Shown here in pieces: positions 44,933 to 54,121 of a DNA stretch of 64,000 nucleotides; position 1 is the first letter of the stretch, and every line of letters begins with the position of its first letter. Source of the DNA: a virus. The stretch lies in IMG/VR virus record IMGVR_UViG_3300045988_138147; one strand, 5' to 3'. The notes under the pieces were generated by a model. That model was not told the origin of the DNA. It saw nothing but the letters and a program-made list of their open reading frames with translations, and ran no database searches. The position numbers and the translations under genes are program-made.

Positions 44933-45148
44933 TTAGTTAATAGAAATTTCGGTTTGCTGTTTCTCCCAATCGTATGTGAATGTGGCTGCATATTGTTCAC
45001 GGTCGTACACAAACACCTGATAACCTATTTGCCCGTAACAGCAAAACAATGGTTGTGTACGCAGCATTATGCCGTTCCATGTCTTACCGTTCAGATACCT
45101 TTCCCATGCGAATTTTCCTGCCTCAATGGCGTTTTTTAATCTGTTCAT
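44933..45148 (-). CDS. hypothetical early protein
   Basis: 71-aa ORF. Confidence 0.45.
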   Translation of the reverse strand: MNRLKNAIEAGKFAWERYLNGKTWNGIMLRTQPLFCCYGQIGYQVFVYDREQYAATFTYDWEKQQTEISIN

Positions 45149-45227
45149 ATCTTTATAATTTTAGTTTGTTATCAGTTCCCGGCGGCGGTGTCGCTCCGCT
45201 TGTTGTCCCCCACGCCGGGATAGTTGG

Positions 45228-45449
45228 TTATTTAAACACATGGTCTATAAATACCGTATTAGTTTGCCATTCTCCGCGCTTTTTGAAAACGAAATACCCG
45301 CGTATAGTTGCCGTTTCTTTCATTCCGTTTGCAAAGTCATAGGCTGCTTGCTGGTTCTTGCCAAACTCTTTATTTATTGATCCGCTGTTATTGCTTACCC
45401 TATAGTGCAGCTTTGCAGGGGCTTTTGTTCTATCTGTAATAATATTCAT
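45228..45449 (-). CDS. hypothetical early protein
   Basis: First ATG (MNIITDR) of ORF 45228..45467, whose listed start is TTG. Confidence 0.45.
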   Translation of the reverse strand: MNIITDRTKAPAKLHYRVSNNSGSINKEFGKNQQAAYDFANGMKETATIRGYFVFKKRGEWQTNTVFIDHVFK

Positions 45450-45503
45450 ACTTTCCGTTTTGTGCAATTGCTTGCGGTTAATAATTCGTTATTAATATCC
45501 TGC

Positions 45504-45716
45504 CTACACCTTGCGCGGTGTAGGCGCGTTGTTTCCTTCCGTGTATTGGTAGCCTGTATTTATTGGCCAATAAGGCGATGAGCCTAAATACTTTGCCATG
45601 CGGTTACGATAACGTGCGTATATGCGAAAGTATTCCATAAATCTGCCGCGCTGCCTTACATAGCTGCTTATTCGCTTCCATTGCTTATTTAATTGTTCGG
45701 GTGTTTTCGTTCTCAT
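45504..45716 (-). CDS. hypothetical basic protein
   Basis: 70-aa ORF, R/K/Y-rich. Confidence 0.45.
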   Translation of the reverse strand: MRTKTPEQLNKQWKRISSYVRQRGRFMEYFRIYARYRNRMAKYLGSSPYWPINTGYQYTEGNNAPTPRKV

Positions 45717-45865
45717 ATTCGCTTTGATTTAATTGTAAATAATTCGTTTTTTAATCCTTTTCCGCAATCCCGGCAGCCGTATTACTGCCGGGGTGTCATA
45801 AGATGATATGTTGGCAAAAAGCCCCAACGTACGTCTATGCTAACATGTGGCAATATATTTTATAT

Positions 45866-46114
45866 TTATTCATTTATTACTTCGTATGTTGGATATATCC
45901 ATCTCACTAAATCAGCATTTTGCGTTTCACCGCCATAAAGCCTGAAATATGGTTCTCTCCCCTGCTTTATTCGGTATTCTATATCTGTATGCTCAAGAAT
46001 TTGTTCAGGTGTGAAAAATCGTTCATGGATGAAGCATTTTTCACCGCATACATCAATTTGTTTGCCTTGCAAGGCTTTATATCCATTCTTGTGTATAAAT
46101 TCGTATATATTCAT
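45866..46114 (-). CDS. hypothetical early protein
   Basis: 82-aa ORF. Confidence 0.45.
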   Translation of the reverse strand: MNIYEFIHKNGYKALQGKQIDVCGEKCFIHERFFTPEQILEHTDIEYRIKQGREPYFRLYGGETQNADLVRWIYPTYEVINE

Positions 46115-46194
46115 GATTTAATGTTTTTAAGTTCATAAAACTAGTTCCCGTATATTCATCAAAGACCACGGTTAAGCCGATACGGGATAATTGG

Positions 46195-46341
46195 TTACTT
46201 TTGGTTTTTCCATGTATTGTAGTCATTCGTAGACTCAAAACACATGAAGCCTCCACACACTTTGGCGACATTTGAAGGCGTAAACGGACATTCTTTAATC
46301 GCTTGATATCTTGTTTTTACTTCTGCAAAATAAACTCTCAT
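46195..46341 (-). CDS. small Cys-containing protein (48 aa), not in the ORF track
   Basis: MRVYFAEVKTRYQAIKECPFTPSNVAKVCGGFMCFESTNDYNTWKNQK; starts 7 nt after the stop of 46349..46603. I prefer it to the overlapping ORF 46077..46271. Confidence 0.35.
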   Translation of the reverse strand: MRVYFAEVKTRYQAIKECPFTPSNVAKVCGGFMCFESTNDYNTWKNQK

Positions 46342-46348
46342 AATCACT

Positions 46349-46603
46349 TTATTTTATTTGCAATGCTGCGTAGTATCCTCCGATCCATATTAATAACTCT
46401 TTCGGGGTGAAATACCCGCTTATACGCTTATTCGGGTAACGTGTTGTTATTTCGCCGTTGTCACCATCCGCCAATATTATAGAGTATGTTTGTTTCGGCA
46501 AACTTGATGGATAGAGGGCGAAACCATTTGCCGCACAATATACTTGCAATTGCTTTAATGCTTCTTTTGATGTCATATCCTTAAAACTTATCTGATTCAT
46601 CAT
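46349..46603 (-). CDS. hypothetical early protein
   Basis: 84-aa ORF. Confidence 0.45.
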   Translation of the reverse strand: MMNQISFKDMTSKEALKQLQVYCAANGFALYPSSLPKQTYSIILADGDNGEITTRYPNKRISGYFTPKELLIWIGGYYAALQIK

Positions 46604-46698
46604 TTTTGTTTAAAAATTCGCGTAACTTATCCCTGTCGGTGCCGGAAATGAATATCACAGCACCGAATAACAAAACCAACAAAACCATATTCAGCTAA

Positions 46699-47958
46699 TT
46701 AAATGACCGTCTTTAATCGTCCGTTACCATCCGTAAACCCGTTAAGTATTTCCGCCTCTTTTTCGGCTTCTTCCTTAGTCGGATAGCATTCTATTATACA
46801 GTTGTCCAAATTATCTAATATGCCGTAATATCCAAGTGTTAACGGCTTATCCTTGACGGTGTAACGCTTTCCTTTTACTTTCTTCTCATAAAATTCCACT
46901 CCCTCAGTAAGCGGGGTATAATGTGATGAAGCGCTAAGCGTGCCCGATTCTATTTTGCAATTAAACTCAATTATACCGGGCAGATCGTTTTTTAAACTGC
47001 TTTCCAGGCTTACACCGTCATAAGTTACACTATATTTTCGCTCCTTATCTGTGTACACGTTGAAAATATCGCCCGGCTGCATGTCCTCGCGTACTTTCGC
47101 ACTGGTTATGATTCCAGCGCCTTCAATGTTATAATAGCGCACGCCGTTAAAGTTGCCCATTTCGGTTAAATGGATATTACCTAACTTCTCCGGTTGTTTC
47201 GTTTCTTCCTCTAATTCCGGGATGTATATTTCTTCAGAAAGTGCCGGAAGTTCTTCCACGGCTTCCACCTTTTCGGAAGCCATCAGGTTGCGCACTTCGT
47301 CCGCTTTCTTCTTACTGAATATCCATCCGGCACGCTTTTCACCGTTGTAATTTAAAGACGGGTTAAAGCGTCCACCCAGTTCCTTTAATTGCTCTTTGAT
47401 AGCCTTCGTATCACCAAAAACTGCAATCGCCTTTTCTGAATAGTCCACCATTTCCAAACCTTCAACCGTCACGGCTTCCATTTCTTTGGCTTCCTCAGCC
47501 TTTTCAGTCTTAATGCTGCTTTTCTTTGCTTTCGGCTCTATAACCTTATATTCGTCGCTTACTTCTATATGGATGTAAAAATTAGTATCAAAATAGTCTT
47601 GCATGCCGTCTGAATCATTATAACGGAAAGAACTAGCATAAGTCGTAACAGCGTCCAACACTTTAAACATTTCCGGCGTTAACTCATTTTCCCAGCCCTT
47701 TACGGTTGACATTGTGGACATATAACCACGTTCCGCGCTTCTTGATCCTTCAACGAAAGGAACACAAGGGCCGGATTTTAATTCGATATACATTGAATCA
47801 GTGTACATGCTCCATTCAGAACGAACCGAGAATTTAAACTCCGGGAAATTCTTCTTAGCATAAGATCTAACCTTTGCGGATATTTCTTTAGTTGATAACT
47901 TGCTGTCATAATTTGAACCAGCCCAACCGTTTGCGGTGTAGAAATTCATTGCTTTCAT
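46699..47958 (-). CDS. multi-domain early protein (polyvalent-protein-like)
   Basis: 419 aa; acidic linker; module KAIAVFGDTKAIKEQLKELGGRFNPSLNYNGEKRAGWIFSKKK; first gene of the leftward block. Confidence 0.55.
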   Translation of the reverse strand: MKAMNFYTANGWAGSNYDSKLSTKEISAKVRSYAKKNFPEFKFSVRSEWSMYTDSMYIELKSGPCVPFVEGSRSAERGYMSTMSTVKGWENELTPEMFKVLDAVTTYASSFRYNDSDGMQDYFDTNFYIHIEVSDEYKVIEPKAKKSSIKTEKAEEAKEMEAVTVEGLEMVDYSEKAIAVFGDTKAIKEQLKELGGRFNPSLNYNGEKRAGWIFSKKKADEVRNLMASEKVEAVEELPALSEEIYIPELEEETKQPEKLGNIHLTEMGNFNGVRYYNIEGAGIITSAKVREDMQPGDIFNVYTDKERKYSVTYDGVSLESSLKNDLPGIIEFNCKIESGTLSASSHYTPLTEGVEFYEKKVKGKRYTVKDKPLTLGYYGILDNLDNCIIECYPTKEEAEKEAEILNGFTDGNGRLKTVI

Positions 47959-48170
47959 AATGCTATAGTTTAAATTGTTTATAATTCAACATTATAGCGT
48001 GATTAATAGCCTACTAATACCATGTACAGCCTATACACTCAATAGCTGTATGTTATCGTAATATCAGCAAACCAAAGAAAATAAATGGAAGAATATTTGC
48101 AAGAATCAAAACAGAGAAGTACCTTTGTCCCGTGTGATAGGAATGAGGTACTTTAGTATTTCGATCCTTT

Positions 48171-48210
48171 GAGAGCTTTAACATTGCCGTGTTAAGGCTC
48201 TCTTTTTATT
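48171..48210 (+). terminator. strong intrinsic terminator inside the ORF-free region
   Basis: 12-bp stem gagagctttaac/gttaaggctctc (one G-U pair), 8-nt loop, TTTTTATT. Confidence 0.65.
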
Positions 48211-48982
48211 CCAACACTTAATAACACGCTTTTGGATATCACGTATACGCTTCGCTTTACGTTTACCCTTGTGAAAAGTAATCGGATATCTTGTGTTATC
48301 ACTATGTGATATCCTTTCCTTTTCACAATACAAAGGTACAAAAAAGTTACCATTCTACCAAATATTTGCCTGCTAAATTTGTAAAATTACATGTTAAATA
48401 ACATACAATTAGAAGCCTAATCAGTGCAATATTAAGCCCTTTTGCTTTCATCTTCACAATGTATCGCCTACACCTATCTTTGCCCTATATTGCCCTTATT
48501 AAAGCCGTATACAACGAATCAAACGAGCGCTGCAATGCGTTGCAAGTATACCCCGCCCCCTCTATGCCAGTGCAGCCGTAAACATCCGCCCTCTCCCGAT
48601 TTTTTTTAATTTTTTTTCTGAATTTTCACGTCTTACAGTGTTGCAATATTTCGTATCTACAACATAATTTATTATGTAAAATAATATTATTCATCATTAT
48701 ATCAATATTCATGTTTTGCGTTGATGCTTTCCTATGCAGATTGCTTTTATTCCCCTTTGTTTATTTAAATAATCAAAGGGAGTGAGGTGTTCGCTGTGCT
48801 CACTCTTTCTTTATGTTACTTTCTTTCTATGTATTTTGGATTAGACATTTTTCCTTTATTTATATAGGGTATGTCTAATATGCAATGATGTAGTACTATG
48901 CAATACAAAGTACAGATATCAATATTACAAATATGCTTTTACTTTTAAGATTAAAAACTTAATGTTGAAACGGATTTAAATA

Positions 48983-48999
48983 TATCATAGTGATAAATA
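48983..48999. promoter_or_regulatory. second copy of the palindromic operator TATCATAGTGATAAATA
   Basis: Exact 17-mer match to 23257-23273; 65 nt upstream of ATG 49064. Confidence 0.55.
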
Positions 49000-49034
49000 T
49001 TAAAGTAAAGCTTTAATATATGAATTTAATTAAT

Positions 49035-49042
49035 TATATTTG
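49035..49042 (+). promoter_or_regulatory. -7 promoter element TATATTTG
   Basis: Matches TAnnTTTG, 22 nt upstream of ATG 49064. Confidence 0.5.
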
Positions 49043-49063
49043 CGTGTATTATAATATTATAAT

Positions 49064-49531
49064 ATGAATGACTATAAGTTTTATATGATGCGTTACGGTG
49101 AGCTTGGTGCCGTTTGGAAAGACTTGGAAACGGGTTTTCCCGGATTGCGGTATAAAGAATGTACAGGCCTTAATTCGTATGGAGAGCCTACAAATATGTA
49201 TGCAGAGGATTTTGCCGAAACAAGTAAGGCGGAGGTGTATGTTTCCAGCACACCGGCATACAAGCAGACAACTATAAAACTGACATTGATATTCTTGGAG
49301 GATGATACCAAGGATGATAAGTCTTACCGTGACTTTATGGCTTTCATTACTGGCTCCAAGATTGCCTACCGTGATACAGCGAGGAAGAGAAAGGTTCTGA
49401 TGTACCTTTCAGGAGCCACAGAGCCTAAAAGCGACACCCTTTACGGGCAGAAATACAAGGAAGTGACGTTTACGTTCAAGAACGTTTACGGACATTCCTT
49501 CGGATATGACGAAACTTTTCCTAACGAATAA
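49064..49531 (+). CDS. hypothetical protein, first gene of the rightward block
   Basis: 155-aa ORF. Confidence 0.5.
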   Translation: MNDYKFYMMRYGELGAVWKDLETGFPGLRYKECTGLNSYGEPTNMYAEDFAETSKAEVYVSSTPAYKQTTIKLTLIFLEDDTKDDKSYRDFMAFITGSKIAYRDTARKRKVLMYLSGATEPKSDTLYGQKYKEVTFTFKNVYGHSFGYDETFPNE

Positions 49532-49550
49532 AATTAAATTCTATATTGCT

Positions 49551-50150
49551 ATGTTTTTAGAAACAGAGACCTTATCAGAAGCATTGTCTTTCGCCAAGCT
49601 GAAAGACTTGCCAAAGAAGTTCAATCCCGAACTGGGGCTTACTTGGATATTGGCTATCGCTCTTATCAAAAAGAAGAACCTCATGAATGCCTACGCCATT
49701 GTGGAGCAGAGGGCAGACGGACTTATCCAGTACAAGAAGACATTCGGACGGCTTTCTCCTATTGATGGGCTTATTTCCATCCATCCGTATATGTACGTAG
49801 ATGAAGAAGCGTTGGGAATGGCTATGAAAGCAAACAGACGAACTATCGCCATGCACTATGCTGGCTATGCGGATGAAATCATTGACTCGGACGATGAAAA
49901 GTTCAAGGCGTACCAGTTGCAGTACGCTATGGATATGCAGAAGCTGAACATGAACCAAGAGAAACCTAGATTCGGGAAGTCTGTTGTGGAGGAAGCGGAG
50001 GAAACGGTTAATCCTGTGATTGAGGAAAAATTAAAAGAGAACGAAACCATTGCTACCATTCAAGATGAGGGAGAGTGTATTATCGAGGTTGAGGATGCCA
50101 AGACGGCTTTCAGACCGAAGAGAGGTAGAAATGCTAAGACGGAGGAATAG
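49551..50150 (+). CDS. hypothetical protein
   Basis: First non-overlapping ATG (MFLETETL) of ORF 49506..50150. Confidence 0.5.
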   Translation: MFLETETLSEALSFAKLKDLPKKFNPELGLTWILAIALIKKKNLMNAYAIVEQRADGLIQYKKTFGRLSPIDGLISIHPYMYVDEEALGMAMKANRRTIAMHYAGYADEIIDSDDEKFKAYQLQYAMDMQKLNMNQEKPRFGKSVVEEAEETVNPVIEEKLKENETIATIQDEGECIIEVEDAKTAFRPKRGRNAKTEE

Positions 50151-50152
50151 GT

Positions 50153-50500
50153 ATGGGCGCATTTATAGCAAGACAACCTAACGGGTTACTTTGCCGTTGG
50201 AGTAGTGTGGTTGATAATATCACTCATTACAATATGAGCGATGAAGATTATATCGAATATTGTGCCGAGTGTGCGAGAAAGGAAGCAAGGTTAGAATTGC
50301 GAAACTCTTGTTTTGTCAGACCGTTCTCTGAGATTCTTGAAAAACGAGATGGAGACTTGGTGCTTCAATGTATTGTAGTAATTGAAAATCAGCAAGATTA
50401 CACCAAAGAGGAAGTCGTTAAAGCTAAAAATGAAATGAATCGTCTGAAAGCCGAGTTTGATAAGTATGTCAAGGAAATGAGTGAAAGGGTGGAGGAATAA
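50153..50500 (+). CDS. hypothetical protein, paralogue of 60048..60335
   Basis: MGAFIARQPNGLLCRWSSVVDNITHYNMSDEDYIEYC versus MGSFIAQQPNGLYCRFSTIVDTVTHYNMTKDDYIEVC. Confidence 0.55.
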   Translation: MGAFIARQPNGLLCRWSSVVDNITHYNMSDEDYIEYCAECARKEARLELRNSCFVRPFSEILEKRDGDLVLQCIVVIENQQDYTKEEVVKAKNEMNRLKAEFDKYVKEMSERVEE

Positions 50501-50502
50501 AC

Positions 50503-50748
50503 ATGAAAAATACAACAAGAACCTATTTTATCGCCAAATGCGGTAATAAATACCTGTATGAATGGTCTGAACCTCAATTTACATCTTATACGTGGTATGA
50601 TACTCCTACTAAATTCAACACAAAAGAGGAATGTTTGCAAGCCGCAGGTTCTGCTATGCGAAATTCAGAGAAGCCGAATGAACGTGTAGTAATTAAAGAG
50701 TTAAGAGAAACGATAACTACTGATGTTGTAAACGAAGAAATATTGTAA
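50503..50748 (+). CDS. hypothetical protein
   Basis: 81-aa ORF. Confidence 0.45.
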   Translation: MKNTTRTYFIAKCGNKYLYEWSEPQFTSYTWYDTPTKFNTKEECLQAAGSAMRNSEKPNERVVIKELRETITTDVVNEEIL

Positions 50749-50750
50749 TT

Positions 50751-51305
50751 ATGGAAAAGAACAAGAAACAACAAGGATTTGAGTTCATCATCAAAAAAAG
50801 TGATGTGTTGGAGAGAGAAAACTTCGGCTCGTTTGAGATTGTAATCACGAAAGGATATGCCTGTTTTAAGAACTACACAGGATTCCGGGTGTTCACTACT
50901 CCATACGCAGTAGGATTGGACGGTGTGGCGCATGAAACATCCCTCTATGCATGGTTGAAGTATATGGTGGACTTCAAGAAATCCATCAAAGGCAAGGAGA
51001 ATGAAATGTTCGGGGAAACTACTTCCACCAACAAGGAGTTCTTGGACGGTATGAAAGTGCTTACAGAAACCAACCTTGTGAAGCCTATGACCGTGTTTAC
51101 TGACATAAATGAAGTGCAGAAAGAGGCTGAAAACTACATGAAGTGGATGGAAGGTCAGATGAAAGATTTAAATAAAGCTATGAACACTACGCCGCCCGAA
51201 GAAGACTTGAAAGCTAATGCGGAATTTGAACAGAAGGCTATCATGGCAGAAGAAGCGAAAGAGATGTTTGACGATGGAACTGAAACCGAGAAAGGACAGG
51301 TATAA
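50751..51305 (+). CDS. hypothetical protein
   Basis: 184-aa ORF. Confidence 0.5.
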   Translation: MEKNKKQQGFEFIIKKSDVLERENFGSFEIVITKGYACFKNYTGFRVFTTPYAVGLDGVAHETSLYAWLKYMVDFKKSIKGKENEMFGETTSTNKEFLDGMKVLTETNLVKPMTVFTDINEVQKEAENYMKWMEGQMKDLNKAMNTTPPEEDLKANAEFEQKAIMAEEAKEMFDDGTETEKGQV

Positions 51306-51705
51306 CCCGGACAATGTATATCACATCTACATAAAGATGGAACGGCATCCCGGTGTGAAATGGGTGTCATTCAAGGACAAGCAGACCGGAGAAGTGACAA
51401 AGGGGCTTTTTATTCCCGATGTAGAAACAGGGTGTATTAAGGTGAGAAACGGTAATATGTTTCTTAGCTTTAAGGCGATACCCGTAAAAGGATGCATAAA
51501 TACCCATGTGATAATACCGAATGTTTCAAAAGGTGTAGATTGTAATTTGGGTAAATGTGGGAAAAAGGAAGTGGATTTCAGAAAGGCTACTATTGGCAGT
51601 ATGTATGTTATGGGTGAAATACTTAATGAAGACCAAAAGAAAATAATAGAAAAGTATGTCAGAAAAAGAGGATTTCTTAAAATCGGACGTTGTAAAAAAA
51701 GTTGA
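51274..51705 (+). CDS. hypothetical protein
   Basis: Start uncertain: ATG 51274 (MELKPRK) or 51337 (MERHPG). Confidence 0.4.
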   Translation: MELKPRKDRYNPDNVYHIYIKMERHPGVKWVSFKDKQTGEVTKGLFIPDVETGCIKVRNGNMFLSFKAIPVKGCINTHVIIPNVSKGVDCNLGKCGKKEVDFRKATIGSMYVMGEILNEDQKKIIEKYVRKRGFLKIGRCKKS

Positions 51706-52015
51706 ACGTATCGTGTGCGATTGCGTAAATAAAGTATTCTGTAAGGACAAATATTCGCCTATATCTCCATTGTCTTTATACGAAGGGAAGACAAATATAC
51801 CGTTCGTAAAGAGAATGGCGAGACCGGCTGTGTTTGTGACTGCGCATGACCGATTTGGGGTATCGTACAGTGCGCTAGAAAAGCATTCTCATATTCATGC
51901 ACGTAACATTATACGATCTGTAAAGACTTATAAGAGCATTCCTGATTCAGACAATGCCGTAATGATGATAAAAGAACTTATAGAAGTTGAACTAAAAAAA
52001 TTTCCAATTTTATGA
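51656..52015 (+). CDS. small HTH protein (DnaA domain IV-like)
   Basis: RMARPAVFVTAHDRFGVSYSALEKHSHIHARNIIRSV resembles the DnaA C-terminal domain. Confidence 0.45.
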   Translation: MSEKEDFLKSDVVKKVERIVCDCVNKVFCKDKYSPISPLSLYEGKTNIPFVKRMARPAVFVTAHDRFGVSYSALEKHSHIHARNIIRSVKTYKSIPDSDNAVMMIKELIEVELKKFPIL

Positions 52016-52497
52016 GTGATTTGCTTGCTTTTAAACGTAATGCCATCATGCTCGGTCTTTGCACTGGGTATAAAAATAAATGGGACGCAGCGACAAGTAA
52101 GGAAGCGTTAATGGATATGGCGTTGGATTCAAACGGTGTGGAGCTGTTGGCAGATGCTCATAGCTTTGGATTCGGTATGGATATTCAGTATATGAAACGG
52201 ACGTTTTCTGACTATATAAACGGTAAATGGAAGAGGAGCAAGGACGGATATACTTCGTGCATGTACGTGGACTTTAATGGGCAAATAGAACAGGATTGTA
52301 CAATTACAATGGTGCTTGCTTCAAAGGTTGAGTTCCATGTTCCGAAAGGGAGCGTTTGCAAGCTGTATGTGGGTGCAGAATCTACTGTTAACATTACCGG
52401 AGAAGGTATCTGCTATGTGTACTCATACGGTCACAATGAAGTGACCGGCAGGTTTAAGTCAATGAATTGTATACCTAAGTCCGAATGGGCTAAATAA
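52012..52497 (+). CDS. hypothetical protein
   Basis: 161-aa ORF, 4-nt overlap. Confidence 0.5.
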   Translation: MSDLLAFKRNAIMLGLCTGYKNKWDAATSKEALMDMALDSNGVELLADAHSFGFGMDIQYMKRTFSDYINGKWKRSKDGYTSCMYVDFNGQIEQDCTITMVLASKVEFHVPKGSVCKLYVGAESTVNITGEGICYVYSYGHNEVTGRFKSMNCIPKSEWAK

Positions 52498-52506
52498 GTA
52501 AATAGT

Positions 52507-52866
52507 ATGAAAGTACCAATAGATAATATGACCTTTGCCGAAAGCGAATACCTTAGAGGAAATAAAGTATGGAAAGCCCAGACACTTTATAATTTCGCGA
52601 AAGCAAAGGAATACCCTATACGTGATATGCCATTGTGGAATATAGACCTGACTGTTGAACCGTTTGAGTGCAGCCAGCTTCATAATTTCATCTTTCAATG
52701 CAAACGTGTTCTTGATTGTTCTTTAGACTATCCTATTATACTGGATGAAGTAGGACAAATAGCAGACGGATACCATAGATTATGCAAAGCTATCTTGGAA
52801 GGTAGAAAAACGATTAAGGCTATCAGGCTGCTGGAAATGCCGGCACCTGATAGAATTGAAAATTAA
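52507..52866 (+). CDS. ParB-like nuclease-domain protein
   Basis: ILDEVGQIADGYHRLCKAILEG (ParB N-terminal DGxHR-type motif). Confidence 0.6.
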   Translation: MKVPIDNMTFAESEYLRGNKVWKAQTLYNFAKAKEYPIRDMPLWNIDLTVEPFECSQLHNFIFQCKRVLDCSLDYPIILDEVGQIADGYHRLCKAILEGRKTIKAIRLLEMPAPDRIEN

Positions 52867-52872
52867 TATTTT

Positions 52873-53958
52873 ATGACCGAAGAAAAACAAATACAAGATA
52901 GTATAGAACTACTTGAACAAAATGCTTTGCCAATTCCTGATGATGGCGATATGGTTGAACAAATACCATTGTTCAGTTCGTCCGATATGCAGTCAGTCAT
53001 TGAGGACGGGAAGAAGAAGCCGCCTATCCATAGGTTGTGGGGTGATTTTTGGTGGGAAAACGAGCTTGTTTTCTTGTTCGCTGACAATGGTATTGGTAAG
53101 TCTATTCTTGCCACACAGATAGCCTACGAGATTGCCAAAGGGAAGAGCGAATATACAGAAGTGGAGATGCCACCGCAAGCCGTGTTGTACTTCGATTTTG
53201 AGCTTTCGGACAGGCAGCTTGCAAGACGGTACGGGAACGCTGATTTCCCGAAATCGCTTATCCGTTGCACCATATCGGAAGAAGTGGACAGCGATGATTT
53301 CAGCATGAACGTAATTGAAGGGATAAAGGATAAATTGCTTGACACGAAAGCTAAAGTTATGATACTAGACAATCTTTCATATCTATCCACCCAGACAGCG
53401 GAAGCAGAGTATGCCGGAGTTATTATGGACGGTCTCACAAGATTGAAGCGTGAGCTAAAAATCAGTATCATGGTGATAGCGCATACGCCTAAGATTGAGG
53501 AATGGAAGCCCTTGTCTAAAACCAATATGGCAGGAAGTAAGATATTGTCTAACTTTGCAGACGGAGTATTTGCCATAGGACGTACAAGGAATGGAGGACG
53601 TTATCTAAAACTATTAAAAACTCGCATGGTGAGTGAACCGGATGAGAAGTCGCTCCTGCCCTACTTCAATATTATTTCGGAGCCTTACCTTCATTTTGAA
53701 AAAGTTGGTGATGAAACGGAAAAGAAATTACTTATGGGAAAACCTGCAAAAGATTTTTTCACTTCTATTTGGGATAGAGATACGACATCCCCTATTCCTC
53801 TGAATGAGCTGGTAAAACTAATTATATCTAAGGATAATTCTAAGAATACTATAAAGGCTAAAGACGGAAATGCTCGAAAACGTATTGACCGTGCTATAAA
53901 ATACGGCTCTTTAAGGAAAGATGAGTTAAAGAATGTTTTTCTGAAAACAGAAGATTGA
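52873..53958 (+). CDS. RecA-fold AAA ATPase (RepA/DnaB-like replication protein)
   Basis: Walker A ADNGIGKS, Walker B VMILDNLS. Confidence 0.7.
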   Translation: MTEEKQIQDSIELLEQNALPIPDDGDMVEQIPLFSSSDMQSVIEDGKKKPPIHRLWGDFWWENELVFLFADNGIGKSILATQIAYEIAKGKSEYTEVEMPPQAVLYFDFELSDRQLARRYGNADFPKSLIRCTISEEVDSDDFSMNVIEGIKDKLLDTKAKVMILDNLSYLSTQTAEAEYAGVIMDGLTRLKRELKISIMVIAHTPKIEEWKPLSKTNMAGSKILSNFADGVFAIGRTRNGGRYLKLLKTRMVSEPDEKSLLPYFNIISEPYLHFEKVGDETEKKLLMGKPAKDFFTSIWDRDTTSPIPLNELVKLIISKDNSKNTIKAKDGNARKRIDRAIKYGSLRKDELKNVFLKTED

Positions 53959-54003
53959 TTATCAATTATCCACAAACTGTAATTTAAAACAAGTTAAAGA
54001 GCG

Positions 54004-54057
54004 CTGGAAAAGCCATAAGATTGGGTTACAAGGATCAAAATATTGTGGCTTTTCCAG
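54004..54057. terminator. long hairpin between convergent blocks
   Basis: Perfect 12-bp stem ctggaaaagcca/tggcttttccag with 30-nt loop. Confidence 0.5.
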
Positions 54058-54112
54058 TAGTTATAATGGTTCGCATTTGAACCCATAAATACTTAGTTTA
54101 AAAGTAGTTAAC
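54028..54112 (+). repeat. conserved 3'-flank element, copy Y
   Basis: GTTCGCATTTGAA at 54069-54081 and flanks match 43256-43326. Confidence 0.6.
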
Positions 54113-54121
54113 GTTTACAAT

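Noticed and set aside
46077-46271. ORF-track 64-aa ORF
   Set aside because: It overlaps the start of 45866..46114 by 38 nt. It is less protein-like than the 48-aa ORF 46195..46341 in another frame, which abuts the upstream gene.
48085-48353. Small ORFs in the ORF-free region (23 aa at 48085..48156 on +, 52 aa at 48195..48353 on -)
   Set aside because: They are too short and lack supporting signals, so I cannot call them genes. I mention them only as candidates under the control-region finding.
49064-49531. Distal tail protein (Dit)-like identity for the first gene of the rightward block
   Set aside because: The resemblance is only a vague beta-sandwich-like pattern recalled from memory. The gene is far from the tail module, so I left it as hypothetical.
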